DNA from: a bacterium
GTDB lineage: Bacteria; Patescibacteriota; Minisyncoccia; UBA6257; GWB1-50-10
DNA: 64,000 nt
Reading direction: 5' to 3'
Assembly: GCA_021801565.1 (NCBI GenBank)
Contig: JAJYXV010000015.1
Coordinates: 91,168 to 155,167 of the forward strand
Shown here: in pieces, positions 10,030 through 18,295 of the stretch
Layout: each line of letters opens with the position of its first letter
Position numbering within the stretch: position 1 is the stretch's first letter
Translations under genes and position numbers: made by a program
Notes under the pieces: model-generated
What the model was told of the DNA's origin: nothing
Seen by the model: the letters and a program-made list of their open reading frames with translations, nothing else
Databases searched by the model: none

Positions 10030-11031
10030 TTAAACAAATCCGTGTTTTTCGAATGGGATATGAAGATGATCATATGCCGCCTTTGTGGCAACGCGTCCCA
10101 ATGAGGTTCTTTCCAAAAATCCAAGATTCATAAGAAATGGTTCATACACATCCTCGATTGTTCCCGTTTCTTCAGAAAGTGCTGCGGCCAGCGCCTTTAC
10201 TCCTACCGGGCCACCCCCAAATCTCTTTATGATGGTTTTTAAAAGTTCTCTATCAGTGTGTTCGAGTCCAAGTGAATCCACTTCAAGTAGTGATAATGTT
10301 TTTTCTACAACATATTCATCAATTGATCCGTTATGATATATTTCCGCATAATCACGCGCTCGCTTTAAAAGCCTATTTGCGGTTCGTGGAGTAAATCGCG
10401 ATGCGCGCGCAAGCATTGCAATTGCACCCGGGGTAATTTCTGTTTTTAAAATATATGCAGATTGTTTTATTATTTTTTCAATATCTTCGGTTCGATAATA
10501 ATCAAGTTTAATTGTTGCTCCAAAACGGGAACGAAGTGGGTTCGAAAGCACATTCACTTTTGTAGTTGCCGCGATTACTGTGAATGGTGGAAGATCGAGC
10601 GAAAACGTTCGTGCCGACGGTCCCTTTCCGACGATAAAGTGGAGTTTTCTACTTTCAAGCGCCGGATATAAAATTTCTTCAACGAGCTTGTTGATACGAT
10701 GTGCTTCGTCAATAAATAAAATTTCATGCGGTTCAATATTACTTAAAATTGCCGCTACATCTCCAGCTTTTTCAAGCGCAGGTCCCGTGGTTGATCTCAC
10801 CTGAACGCCCATTTCTTTTCCTATGAGGTATGCAAGAGTTGTTTTTCCCAAGCCCGCTTGTCCATAAAAAAGAAGATGATCACAACTTTCGCCCCTCTTT
10901 TTTGCCGCATCAATAATAAGACGCAAATTTGTTTTTGCCTTTTCTTGACCCACATATTCTGTCCATGTTCTCGGGCGCAACGCGAGATCAAATCCAGCGT
11001 CATCATTTTTTTCTTCCTTTTTTATTGCCAT
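10030..11031 (-). CDS. ruvB: Holliday junction branch-migration helicase RuvB.
   Basis: Walker A GQAGLGKTTLA. RuvB sensor and arginine-finger regions. Winged-helix C-terminus. The ATG at 11031 lies one codon inside the ORF-track GTG. Confidence 0.9.
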   Translation of the reverse strand: MAIKKEEKNDDAGFDLALRPRTWTEYVGQEKAKTNLRLIIDAAKKRGESCDHLLFYGQAGLGKTTLAYLIGKEMGVQVRSTTGPALEKAGDVAAILSNIEPHEILFIDEAHRINKLVEEILYPALESRKLHFIVGKGPSARTFSLDLPPFTVIAATTKVNVLSNPLRSRFGATIKLDYYRTEDIEKIIKQSAYILKTEITPGAIAMLARASRFTPRTANRLLKRARDYAEIYHNGSIDEYVVEKTLSLLEVDSLGLEHTDRELLKTIIKRFGGGPVGVKALAAALSEETGTIEDVYEPFLMNLGFLERTSLGRVATKAAYDHLHIPFEKHGFV

Positions 11032-11100
11032 CACAATTCATTTTACCGCACATGGGAGAAAATGTGTATTTTTTCTTCTAAAAGCGCGCTTTTTAATGAG

Positions 11101-11239
11101 GTTGACCCAGTAGTGAAAATTCGATATGTCGTTCCACGACACAGTTATATACTATTAAATTAAGACGGTTTGTGTTGGAAACGAATAGCAAAATTGAGCA
11201 CTTTCTCCCTATATAACCGAGTTTCTACTACCGGTTGAC
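11101..11239. repeat. Copy 1 of a perfect 139-bp inverted repeat. Its outer end is about 70 bp upstream of the ruvB start.
   Basis: The reverse complement is identical base-for-base to 15039-15177. Contains the palindrome TGTCG-TGGAA-CGACA (11127-11141). Both ends carry GTCAAC. Confidence 0.9.
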
Positions 11240-11293
11240 ATTTTTTTTGATATACGTATGATAGTCCCTAGTAAAGAGAAAGGAGATAGACAA

Positions 11294-11347
11294 ATGCTGT
11301 TTTTTATTAAAAACGCTGCTTTTCCGCCGCCTTTGGGTGGCTATTGA
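11294..11347 (+). CDS. Candidate 17-codon leader peptide MLFFIKNAAFPPPLGGY with a PPP stall-prone motif.
   Basis: Strong SD AAGGAG (11280-11285) 8 nt upstream of the ATG. The TGA stop (11345-11347) lies inside the -35 hexamer of the downstream promoter. Confidence 0.3.
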   Translation: MLFFIKNAAFPPPLGGY

Positions 11348-11372
11348 CAAATAAATATAAGTATGCTACAAT
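11344..11372 (+). promoter_or_regulatory. Near-consensus sigma70 promoter (TTGACA, 17 bp, TACAAT).
   Basis: TTGACA at 11344-11349, a 17-nt spacer, TACAAT at 11367-11372. The predicted transcription start is near 11379. Confidence 0.5.
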
Positions 11373-11378
11373 ACTAAC

Positions 11379-11556
11379 AGTATCCTGATAATAGACCTGT
11401 GGGTAAACGGATTTCTTCCCAGAAACTTTAGGACTATCTTGCTTTGGCTCGATAACTCCTCGGAAAAATCAGTCTTTTTCTGAAATATAATTTCGGAAAA
11501 TGTGTTTCACACGGCCTAACGGCTTTTTACCCACGGATCTATCATCAGGATTTTTT
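11379..11556 (+). ncRNA. Structured RNA of about 178 nt whose 5' and 3' ends form a closing helix of about 26 bp, followed by a U6 tract. 6S-RNA-like, or a cis-regulatory leader of the downstream transporter.
   Basis: 5' AUCCUGAUAAUAGACCUGUGGGUAAA pairs with 3' UUUUUACCCACGGAUCUAUCAUCAGGAU (two mismatches). Internal hairpins AGGACUAUC..GAUAACUCCU, GUGUUUCACAC and GCCUAACGGC. Ends UUUUUU, 21 nt before the next RBS. Confidence 0.45.
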
Positions 11557-11577
11557 AATAATTAAAGAGGAATACAA

Positions 11578-11853
11578 ATGGATGAGAAAACCATTTGGAG
11601 TATTTTGCTTATGTTTTGTTGGATTATTGTTTCTCTTGGTCAAATAAACCAAGGGATGAAGATTAAAAAAAACAAAAACATAGAAAATATTTCAATTTTC
11701 TTGCCAACAACAGTATTTATTGCACAGACAATTCTTTTTGTTAAAGGATTGTCTTATGGTGATTGGTCGCTAATTATTGGTGCTGTTGTGGTAAATATTG
11801 GTACTATGTTTAATGTTTTTAATTTTCTAAAAATTAAACCAATTCAGAAATAA
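11578..11853 (+). CDS. SemiSWEET-like (PQ-loop/MtN3 family) three-TM transporter, 91 aa, with GQ in place of the canonical PQ.
   Basis: Three predicted TM helices. SLGQ..KKNKNIENIS is aligned by eye to the SemiSWEET PQ..RDIS motif. Conserved Trp (GDWSL) and Asn (VVNIGTM) at the positions of the SemiSWEET binding-site W/N. Good RBS AAAGAGGA. Confidence 0.5.
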   Translation: MDEKTIWSILLMFCWIIVSLGQINQGMKIKKNKNIENISIFLPTTVFIAQTILFVKGLSYGDWSLIIGAVVVNIGTMFNVFNFLKIKPIQK

Positions 11854-11876
11854 GCGCCGCAGATTGCGGCGTTTTT
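11854..11876 (+). terminator. Rho-independent terminator after the transporter gene.
   Basis: GCGCCGCAGATTGCGGCG followed by TTTTT. Confidence 0.5.
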
Positions 11877-11916
11877 CTTTTCTCCCCAACCCCTAACCGT
11901 CTAACTATCTAACCGC

Positions 11917-13590
11917 CTATCCTTCCAGCCACTCAATCTTCCCCGCCAAACGTTCCACTTCAGCAATACTTGTTTTTCCTTTTAATACTTTTAAGAACCC
12001 ATCTTCCTGAAGCATCACCATTCCCTCTTTTTGTGCAACTTCTTTTAATTCGATTTCCGTTGGATTTTTATAAATTAATTCTTCTATTTTTTCTGAGATC
12101 GCAAAAAGTTCGAATATTGAAATGCGCCCCCTGTATCCAATTCCTGCGCAGGCCGGACATCCTTTTGGCCCGTAAATTGTGTACGTCTCATATTCTTTTT
12201 TATTCACGCGCGCTGGAAGTTTTTCTAAAAACTCCTTTATTTTTTCTTTTTGTCCGTCACTTGTTGTGACGGGTGTCTTACACTCGGGGCAAAGCACACG
12301 AACAAGACGTTGTGCAATGACGAGATTTAATGCCGGCCCAATAATTTGTGTTTTTGCGCCCAAGTCAATGAGGCGGGGGATTGCTCCTACCGCATCGTTT
12401 GTGTGGAGCGTTGAAAAGACCAGGTGTCCGGTAAGTGATGCATTCATCGCAATTTCAGCGGTTTCCTTGTCTCTAATTTCTCCCACAAGTACAATATCTG
12501 GATCTTGGCGCAAAATTGAACGAAGTCCGCTTGCAAACGTATAATTCGCATCGGCATCAACTTGTGTTTGTGAAATTCCTTCGAGGTGATATTCAATTGG
12601 GTCTTCAATGGTAATTATTTTTATTTCTGGGTCGGTAATATATTTTAAAAACGCATAGAGCGTGGTAGTTTTTCCGGATCCCGTCGGTCCCGTGTTTAAA
12701 ATAAGTCCGTTTGGTCTGTCGATCTCTTTTTTTATAATTTCGAGATCATCTGGCCGCCATCCCAACTCTTCAAGGTTTGCTTTTAAGGAGAGTGGATCAA
12801 GGAGACGAAGCACAAGTGTTTCGCCGTATTCGGAGGGGATGACGGAGGTTCTTACCTCGATATCGCGGTCACTTAGTTGTATGGTAAAGCGTCCGTCTTG
12901 CGCTTCATCATGGATATTTAATTTTAAATTTGAGAGAAGTTTTATGCGCGTGACAACTGATTTGTACACAAGGGGAGTGAATTCGGAAAAAATAGTGTGG
13001 AGAAGTCCATCAACACGGAGACGAAGCGAATTTTCGTTTTCACCCGGCTCGAGATGAATATCAGATGTTTTCATCGCCATTGCCCCCGCAAGAATAATTT
13101 CGAGAATCTGGGAGGTATACGGACTCTTGAAATTTTTTAATGCAGAAGTAAAATCGGCGAGGCTTTTTATTTGTGTTTGAAACTCTTTAATATGTGCCTC
13201 ATTAATTTCTACACTTCCAGAAATTTCTTTTGTGTCGGCTACGTATTGATAATACGACCACCCATGACGCAGTGATAACATTGAACAAATTGCAATATGA
13301 AGTTCGAATTTATTTTTTAAAGCGTCAATAAGAGTTTTCGATTCGGGGAGCGTCGGATTAAATGCGGCAACAAAAAGTTTTTTTTGGCTGATTTGGAAGG
13401 GGGCTACGAGCGCCTTTTTTGCATCTTCTTCTTTTATTATTTCAAGTGCCCTTAACTCAATTGGGGTTTTTGAACTAATAAGATCAAGATAAGGAAGACC
13501 AAGTTGTGTTGCCCTCCGTTTTGCATCATTTTCTTCTGCAGTTTTTCTTTGTTTTTGAAGTTGTTCCTGAAGTTTTTTTGCAAAAAGCAT
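11917..13590 (-). CDS. Type II secretion / type IV pilus assembly ATPase (GspE/PilB family).
   Basis: Walker A LNTGPTGSGKTT. Asp box and His box. C-terminal tetracysteine CPEC..CPAC. N1 and N2 domains present. Confidence 0.85.
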   Translation of the reverse strand: MLFAKKLQEQLQKQRKTAEENDAKRRATQLGLPYLDLISSKTPIELRALEIIKEEDAKKALVAPFQISQKKLFVAAFNPTLPESKTLIDALKNKFELHIAICSMLSLRHGWSYYQYVADTKEISGSVEINEAHIKEFQTQIKSLADFTSALKNFKSPYTSQILEIILAGAMAMKTSDIHLEPGENENSLRLRVDGLLHTIFSEFTPLVYKSVVTRIKLLSNLKLNIHDEAQDGRFTIQLSDRDIEVRTSVIPSEYGETLVLRLLDPLSLKANLEELGWRPDDLEIIKKEIDRPNGLILNTGPTGSGKTTTLYAFLKYITDPEIKIITIEDPIEYHLEGISQTQVDADANYTFASGLRSILRQDPDIVLVGEIRDKETAEIAMNASLTGHLVFSTLHTNDAVGAIPRLIDLGAKTQIIGPALNLVIAQRLVRVLCPECKTPVTTSDGQKEKIKEFLEKLPARVNKKEYETYTIYGPKGCPACAGIGYRGRISIFELFAISEKIEELIYKNPTEIELKEVAQKEGMVMLQEDGFLKVLKGKTSIAEVERLAGKIEWLEG

Positions 13591-13787
13591 TATTTCTATT
13601 TTACATCTTTTCTTTTTTTACGCATAGATAATCATTGATTGATCACAAGCGATGGGGGTTGTTGCTATTATGATCAAAAAATGAGATTTAGATTCCTAAA
13701 TATTCAAAACAAATGCCCGGTTTTTGCAAGAATTCATATTGAAAAATCCAGGATGTGTATTGTGGAATTTTGTTTTATAATAAACCC

Positions 13788-14600
13788 ATGCTTTTTTTCT
13801 TGTATGGGCCGGATTCGTATCGACGCAAAGAAAAACTAGAACACCTTATTTCTCCATATAAGGAAAAATATAAGAACGCCGACATACTTGAAATCGATAT
13901 GAGTGAGGACGAAAACGAGTGGGAGAGGGTGAGGGATTTTTTGGTTCAACCATCTATGTTTGTTGATTCAAAAGTCGCAGTGGTGCGGCACGCAACAATA
14001 ATTGAAGAACCGGGGTGGATGAACACGCTTCGGTCTCAATTGAAAACAACGAAGGTGTTTACATTCCTTTCTGAAGAAGAAGCACCGAAGAAAAACTTTG
14101 ACTTTCTTTTCTCATCGGCAGTACACAAAGTGGAATTTCAGGAACTAGACGGAAAAACACTTGAAAATTTCATAAAAAACAAATCAGAGAAATTACACAT
14201 CTCTCTTGAGGACGACGCATTACATCTTTTTGTCTTATTCATCCTTTCGTTTGAGAATAATCGCTCGTGGCGCGTTGTTCGTGAGCTTGAAAAATTATCT
14301 CTATTAGGACTTCCGTTGCCGATACAAAAAAAAGATCTTTTGAATTATATCAAAATACACACACATGAAGAATTGTTTTCACTTGCCCGAGATATTGTCT
14401 ACAACAAAGATATTCGTATACGCCTCTTTTCGCTTGAAAAAGTACTTTTACAAAACGAAGCGGTGGCACATTTTTTTAATCTTATATCAGCCCTTGTGAA
14501 AGGGCCTAAAGCGCTTTTATTCGCCGACTATGATGTTCTTGTAAAGAGCGGAAAAATTGGATATGAAGAGGCACTTTTTGAGTTTGCAATGAAAAAATAA
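13788..14600 (+). CDS. holA: DNA polymerase III delta subunit (HolA).
   Basis: MLFFLYGPDSYRRKEKLEHL N-terminus typical of HolA. About 270 aa. The ORF-track start at 13755 is probably an upstream extension. Confidence 0.75.
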   Translation: MLFFLYGPDSYRRKEKLEHLISPYKEKYKNADILEIDMSEDENEWERVRDFLVQPSMFVDSKVAVVRHATIIEEPGWMNTLRSQLKTTKVFTFLSEEEAPKKNFDFLFSSAVHKVEFQELDGKTLENFIKNKSEKLHISLEDDALHLFVLFILSFENNRSWRVVRELEKLSLLGLPLPIQKKDLLNYIKIHTHEELFSLARDIVYNKDIRIRLFSLEKVLLQNEAVAHFFNLISALVKGPKALLFADYDVLVKSGKIGYEEALFEFAMKK

Positions 14601-14747
14601 TCTCGCATCTTTTTGCGCGTATGGGTTTTGGTGGTAAATAGAATATGTTGAAATAGTACGTAAAATGATTTTTTTCCCATTATGAGAGCATAACAAAAAA
14701 GCCCACAAAAATTCTTTCGTGGACCTGATTTGTGAAAGGGTGCGGGG

Positions 14748-15005
14748 TTATTTTTTAATCTTTTTTGAAAGTCGCGATTTTATTCTATTCACCTTCCCGC
14801 GTTTTATAAGGCCTCTTTTTCCCATTTTATCAACTGTTTTATAAATTGTGGGAAGATATGATTCTGCCTCTTTTATTTGGTTTGTTGCAATGAGTTTTTT
14901 AAACTTTTTCACCGCCACCCTTATATTTGCTTTTTGTTCAATATTTCTCTTTCTGCGGCGAATATTTTGTCTCAGTGCTTTTTGTGCAGATGTTGTTTTT
15001 GGCAT
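14748..15005 (-). CDS. rpsT: 30S ribosomal protein bS20.
   Basis: MPKTTSAQKALRQNIRRRKRN.. is characteristic of bS20. 85 aa. Confidence 0.9.
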   Translation of the reverse strand: MPKTTSAQKALRQNIRRRKRNIEQKANIRVAVKKFKKLIATNQIKEAESYLPTIYKTVDKMGKRGLIKRGKVNRIKSRLSKKIKK

Positions 15006-15038
15006 AACGGTAGAATACTAAATCAAAGATTAGAAAAC

Positions 15039-15177
15039 GTCAACCGGTAGTAGAAACTCGGTTATATAGGGAGAAAGTGCTCAATTTTGCTATTCGTTTC
15101 CAACACAAACCGTCTTAATTTAATAGTATATAACTGTGTCGTGGAACGACATATCGAATTTTCACTACTGGGTCAAC
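15039..15177. repeat. Copy 2 of the perfect 139-bp inverted repeat. Its outer end is about 95 bp upstream of ruvA and its inner end is 33 bp upstream of the rpsT start.
   Basis: Identical to the reverse complement of 11101-11239. The palindrome TGTCGTGGAACGACA lies at 15137-15151. Confidence 0.9.
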
Positions 15178-15271
15178 TCAGTAATAATTCACTAACGGGC
15201 GAGCCGCTATCAAGTCAATCCAACATAAAAAAGATGCGGTGCGGTATTTTCGCTGGTATAATAGAGGTAAT

Positions 15272-15862
15272 ATGTTGTATACATTAAATGGACTCGTCAC
15301 TGAAAAGAAACAGAATTTTTTTGTTCTTGAGGTGGGGGGAATCGGATTTAAAATATTTGCGAATATTCATACACTTGAAAAAATTTCTATAGGGAACACA
15401 CCCATTCATTGTTTTTGTTTTCTCCATTCATCTGAGAATCAATTTGATGTGTTTGGCTTTCTTGACGAACCATCACTATCTTTCTTTGAATTATTAAATA
15501 CCGTTCCCGGGGTCGGGCCACGCACCGCACTAAATGTTCTCGATGTGGATTCCGTACAAAATATTACCGCCGCAATTCTTGAAAAAAGAATCGATCTTTT
15601 AACGCGCGCGTCTGGAATCGGGAAGAAAACAGCAGAAAGAATTGTGGTAGAACTTCAAAACAAGCTTCACGTACACGCCTCTTCATCACTTACAGAATCA
15701 ATGGATATAAATATTGAACTGGAGGAAGCGCTTACAAGTCTTGGATATCAACAAAAAGAGGCAAAACAAGCAATACAGACAGCACAAAAACTTTTTCGTG
15801 GAAACGAAACATTCGAAGATCGATTACGAAGCATTTTGAAGGGTATTGGTAAATCAAAATAA
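15272..15862 (+). CDS. ruvA: Holliday junction DNA helicase subunit RuvA.
   Basis: MLYTLNGLV.. OB-fold domain I. HhH motifs (PGVGPRTALNVL, ASGIGKKTAERIV). Domain III. Extended -10 TGgTATAAT and RBS AGAGG just upstream. Confidence 0.9.
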   Translation: MLYTLNGLVTEKKQNFFVLEVGGIGFKIFANIHTLEKISIGNTPIHCFCFLHSSENQFDVFGFLDEPSLSFFELLNTVPGVGPRTALNVLDVDSVQNITAAILEKRIDLLTRASGIGKKTAERIVVELQNKLHVHASSSLTESMDINIELEEALTSLGYQQKEAKQAIQTAQKLFRGNETFEDRLRSILKGIGKSK

Positions 15863-16003
15863 TTTTTATAAATCCCGTTCATAATAGTTTTTTCGAAAAT
15901 ATGAGTTATAAACTATGTTTGATTGTTGGAGAATCAAACAAAAAAGGACGACAGCACACGCGAAAAGCGCGAAGAAACACTCGTGTTTCCTACTAATAAC
16001 AGG

Positions 16004-17362
16004 ATGAAAATCACATTTTACGGCGGAGCAAGAACAGTAACCGGTGCAAATTATTTACTTGAATCCGGTGGAACGAAACTACTCATTGATTGTGGATTAC
16101 ATCAGGGGTCAAATTATTCGGAGGACCTTAATTTTGAACCGTTTCCATACAGTCCGAAAGAAATTAATGCGGTGTGTGTAACACACGCGCATATTGATCA
16201 CATTGGAAGAATTCCTCAATTGGTAAAACGAGGATTTTTGGGTTCTATTTATTCCACGCCCCCTACAATGGATATGGCGGAGGCGCTTCTTATTGATGCA
16301 GAACATATTCTTTCTGAAGAAGCGGAAAAAAGAGAGCTTCCGCCGATTTATGTAATAGGCGACATTGTGAAAACAATGGGATTGTGGAAAAAACAATTAT
16401 ATCATCAAAAATTTATAATTGGTCCATTTGAGGTTGAATTCTATGATGCGGGACACGTACTTGGTTCGAGTTCAATTGTGATTCGTGCCGATGGGAAAAC
16501 AATAGTGTTTTCCGGAGATTTAGGAAACACGCATAAACCATTTTTAAAACCGACAGAACCCATACAAGAATTGGTAGATTATGCGCTTATTGAATCGACC
16601 TACGGCGGAAGAATTCATGAAAAAATTAAAGAGAGAAAAAACGAACTTGAACGTGTTATACATGAAACAATACGAAAAAATGGGGTGCTATTAATTCCGG
16701 CATTTGCGCTTGAACGAACACAAGAGATGATTTTTGAATTAAATGAACTTGTTGAAAATAAAAAAATACCAAATATGCCGGTATTTGTTGATAGTCCGCT
16801 TGCGATCAAACTTACCGCTGTGTATGAAAAATATTGTCGCGATCCGTTGTATTTCAACAATGAAACGATTGATCACGTTAATAATGGGGACGAGATATTT
16901 GATTTTCCAGGACTTCGTTTTTCTCTTACGCAAGAAGAATCAAAAAGCATTTCAAGGGTCCCTGCACCAAAAGTAATTATTGCCGGCGCCGGAATGTCGC
17001 AGGGAGGAAGGGTGTTATACCATGAAAAACAATACCTTGGAGATGAACGCAATACGATATTATTTGTCGGGTTTCAGGCAAAGGGATCACTTGGAAGACT
17101 TCTTGTAGAAAAAAATCCATCAGTCATGATACAAGGAGAACGAATTCATGTCCGTGCGCATATAGAATTGATTGATGGATATTCAGCTCATGCCGATCAG
17201 GCACAACTTGTAAGGTGGATTTCTCTGATGAAAAATTCGATAAAAAAAACATTTATTGTACAAGGAGAAGAAAATGAATCTGAAGCACTTTCAAAAAAAA
17301 TAAAAGACGAATTTGGATGTGATACGCACATTCCTTCTTTTGGAGAGACAGTGGTGTTATAA
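16004..17362 (+). CDS. MBL-fold beta-CASP ribonuclease (CPSF73/Ysh1-like, COG1236-type).
   Basis: HxHxDH motif HAHIDHIG. Beta-CASP and C-terminal RMMBL-like region. Probable start at MKITFYGG. Confidence 0.75.
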   Translation: MKITFYGGARTVTGANYLLESGGTKLLIDCGLHQGSNYSEDLNFEPFPYSPKEINAVCVTHAHIDHIGRIPQLVKRGFLGSIYSTPPTMDMAEALLIDAEHILSEEAEKRELPPIYVIGDIVKTMGLWKKQLYHQKFIIGPFEVEFYDAGHVLGSSSIVIRADGKTIVFSGDLGNTHKPFLKPTEPIQELVDYALIESTYGGRIHEKIKERKNELERVIHETIRKNGVLLIPAFALERTQEMIFELNELVENKKIPNMPVFVDSPLAIKLTAVYEKYCRDPLYFNNETIDHVNNGDEIFDFPGLRFSLTQEESKSISRVPAPKVIIAGAGMSQGGRVLYHEKQYLGDERNTILFVGFQAKGSLGRLLVEKNPSVMIQGERIHVRAHIELIDGYSAHADQAQLVRWISLMKNSIKKTFIVQGEENESEALSKKIKDEFGCDTHIPSFGETVVL

Positions 17363-17381
17363 TTGGAATAAATAATATAAT

Positions 17382-18008
17382 ATGCCACGAAAAAAAATAA
17401 ATTTAGAAAACAATTGTAACGGCAATCACGGCTACCATCTCAAATATAAAATTTGTGTTTCTGGAGCTGCAGAAACGGGATGTTGTGCAGAGGGCACACA
17501 AGAAAAAGCCGAGGCGGTGGGAAGAGAAATTGCAAAAAGAGGGTTGGTGCTTGTTACTGGTGCAACCACAGGGACGCCATATTGGGCCGCAAAAGGAGCA
17601 AAATCAGAAGGGGGGATTGTAATTGGAATTTCACCCGCAGCATCAAAGGCTGCTCACATAAAAACATATCGTCTTCCGATAGATCATCATGATCTTATTA
17701 TTTATACCGGATTTAATTATGCGGGAAGAAATCTTCTTCTTATTCGTTCGGCGGACGCGATTATCACTATCTGCGGAAGAATAGGAACGTTAAATGAATT
17801 TACTATTGCGTTTGAAGATCAAAAACCAATTGGAGTGCTTGAGGGTACGGGAGGAATGGCTGATGGGTTAAGAAATATAGTTGAGAATGCACATCGTGGC
17901 CCCGGGAAAGTCGTATATTCTGAAGATCCGGTCGAGCTTCTTGATAAAGTGCTCGCAGTAATAAAAGAAGAGGAAGAAAAAAACGGAATAAAAGGCCGAG
18001 TACTTTAA
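17382..18008 (+). CDS. TIGR00725/LOG-like Rossmann-fold protein (SLOG family).
   Basis: VTGATTGTPYWAAKGA and ICGRIGTLNEF motifs, typical of the LOG/TIGR00725 family. Confidence 0.6.
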   Translation: MPRKKINLENNCNGNHGYHLKYKICVSGAAETGCCAEGTQEKAEAVGREIAKRGLVLVTGATTGTPYWAAKGAKSEGGIVIGISPAASKAAHIKTYRLPIDHHDLIIYTGFNYAGRNLLLIRSADAIITICGRIGTLNEFTIAFEDQKPIGVLEGTGGMADGLRNIVENAHRGPGKVVYSEDPVELLDKVLAVIKEEEEKNGIKGRVL

Positions 18009-18016
18009 ATAAACAC

Positions 18017-18283
18017 ATGCCCAAAAAGAATGCTGAGGAAAAACCAATTGGTGTAGTGACCCATTACTTTGGGGGGATTAATGTAGTAATAGTAAAATTT
18101 AATACCTCAATAAAAGTTGGGGAAACCATCCATTTTAGGGGTGCAACCACGGATTTTTCTGAGAAGATAAAATCAATGCAGTACGACCATAAAGACATAG
18201 AAGGAGCAAAAAAAGGACAAGAGGTGGGAATTAAGGTTGGTGATAAAGCAAGAGAGGGAGATGAGGTATTTTTAGAGAAATAG
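18017..18283 (+). CDS. Small conserved beta-barrel protein (EF-Tu domain-2-like).
   Basis: 88 aa. Alternating Gly/Val-rich strands (VGETIHFRGATTDF..GDKAREGDEVF). Confidence 0.35.
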   Translation: MPKKNAEEKPIGVVTHYFGGINVVIVKFNTSIKVGETIHFRGATTDFSEKIKSMQYDHKDIEGAKKGQEVGIKVGDKAREGDEVFLEK

Positions 18284-18295
18284 TTTAAGAGACAT

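Noticed and set aside
11101-15177. Composite transposon or IS element bounded by the 139-bp repeats.
   Set aside because: No transposase or integrase ORF lies inside or nearby. The enclosed genes are core housekeeping (holA, rpsT, pilB). The repeats have at most a weak terminal inverted symmetry, and both ends carry the direct hexamer GTCAAC, so they are not typical IS ends.
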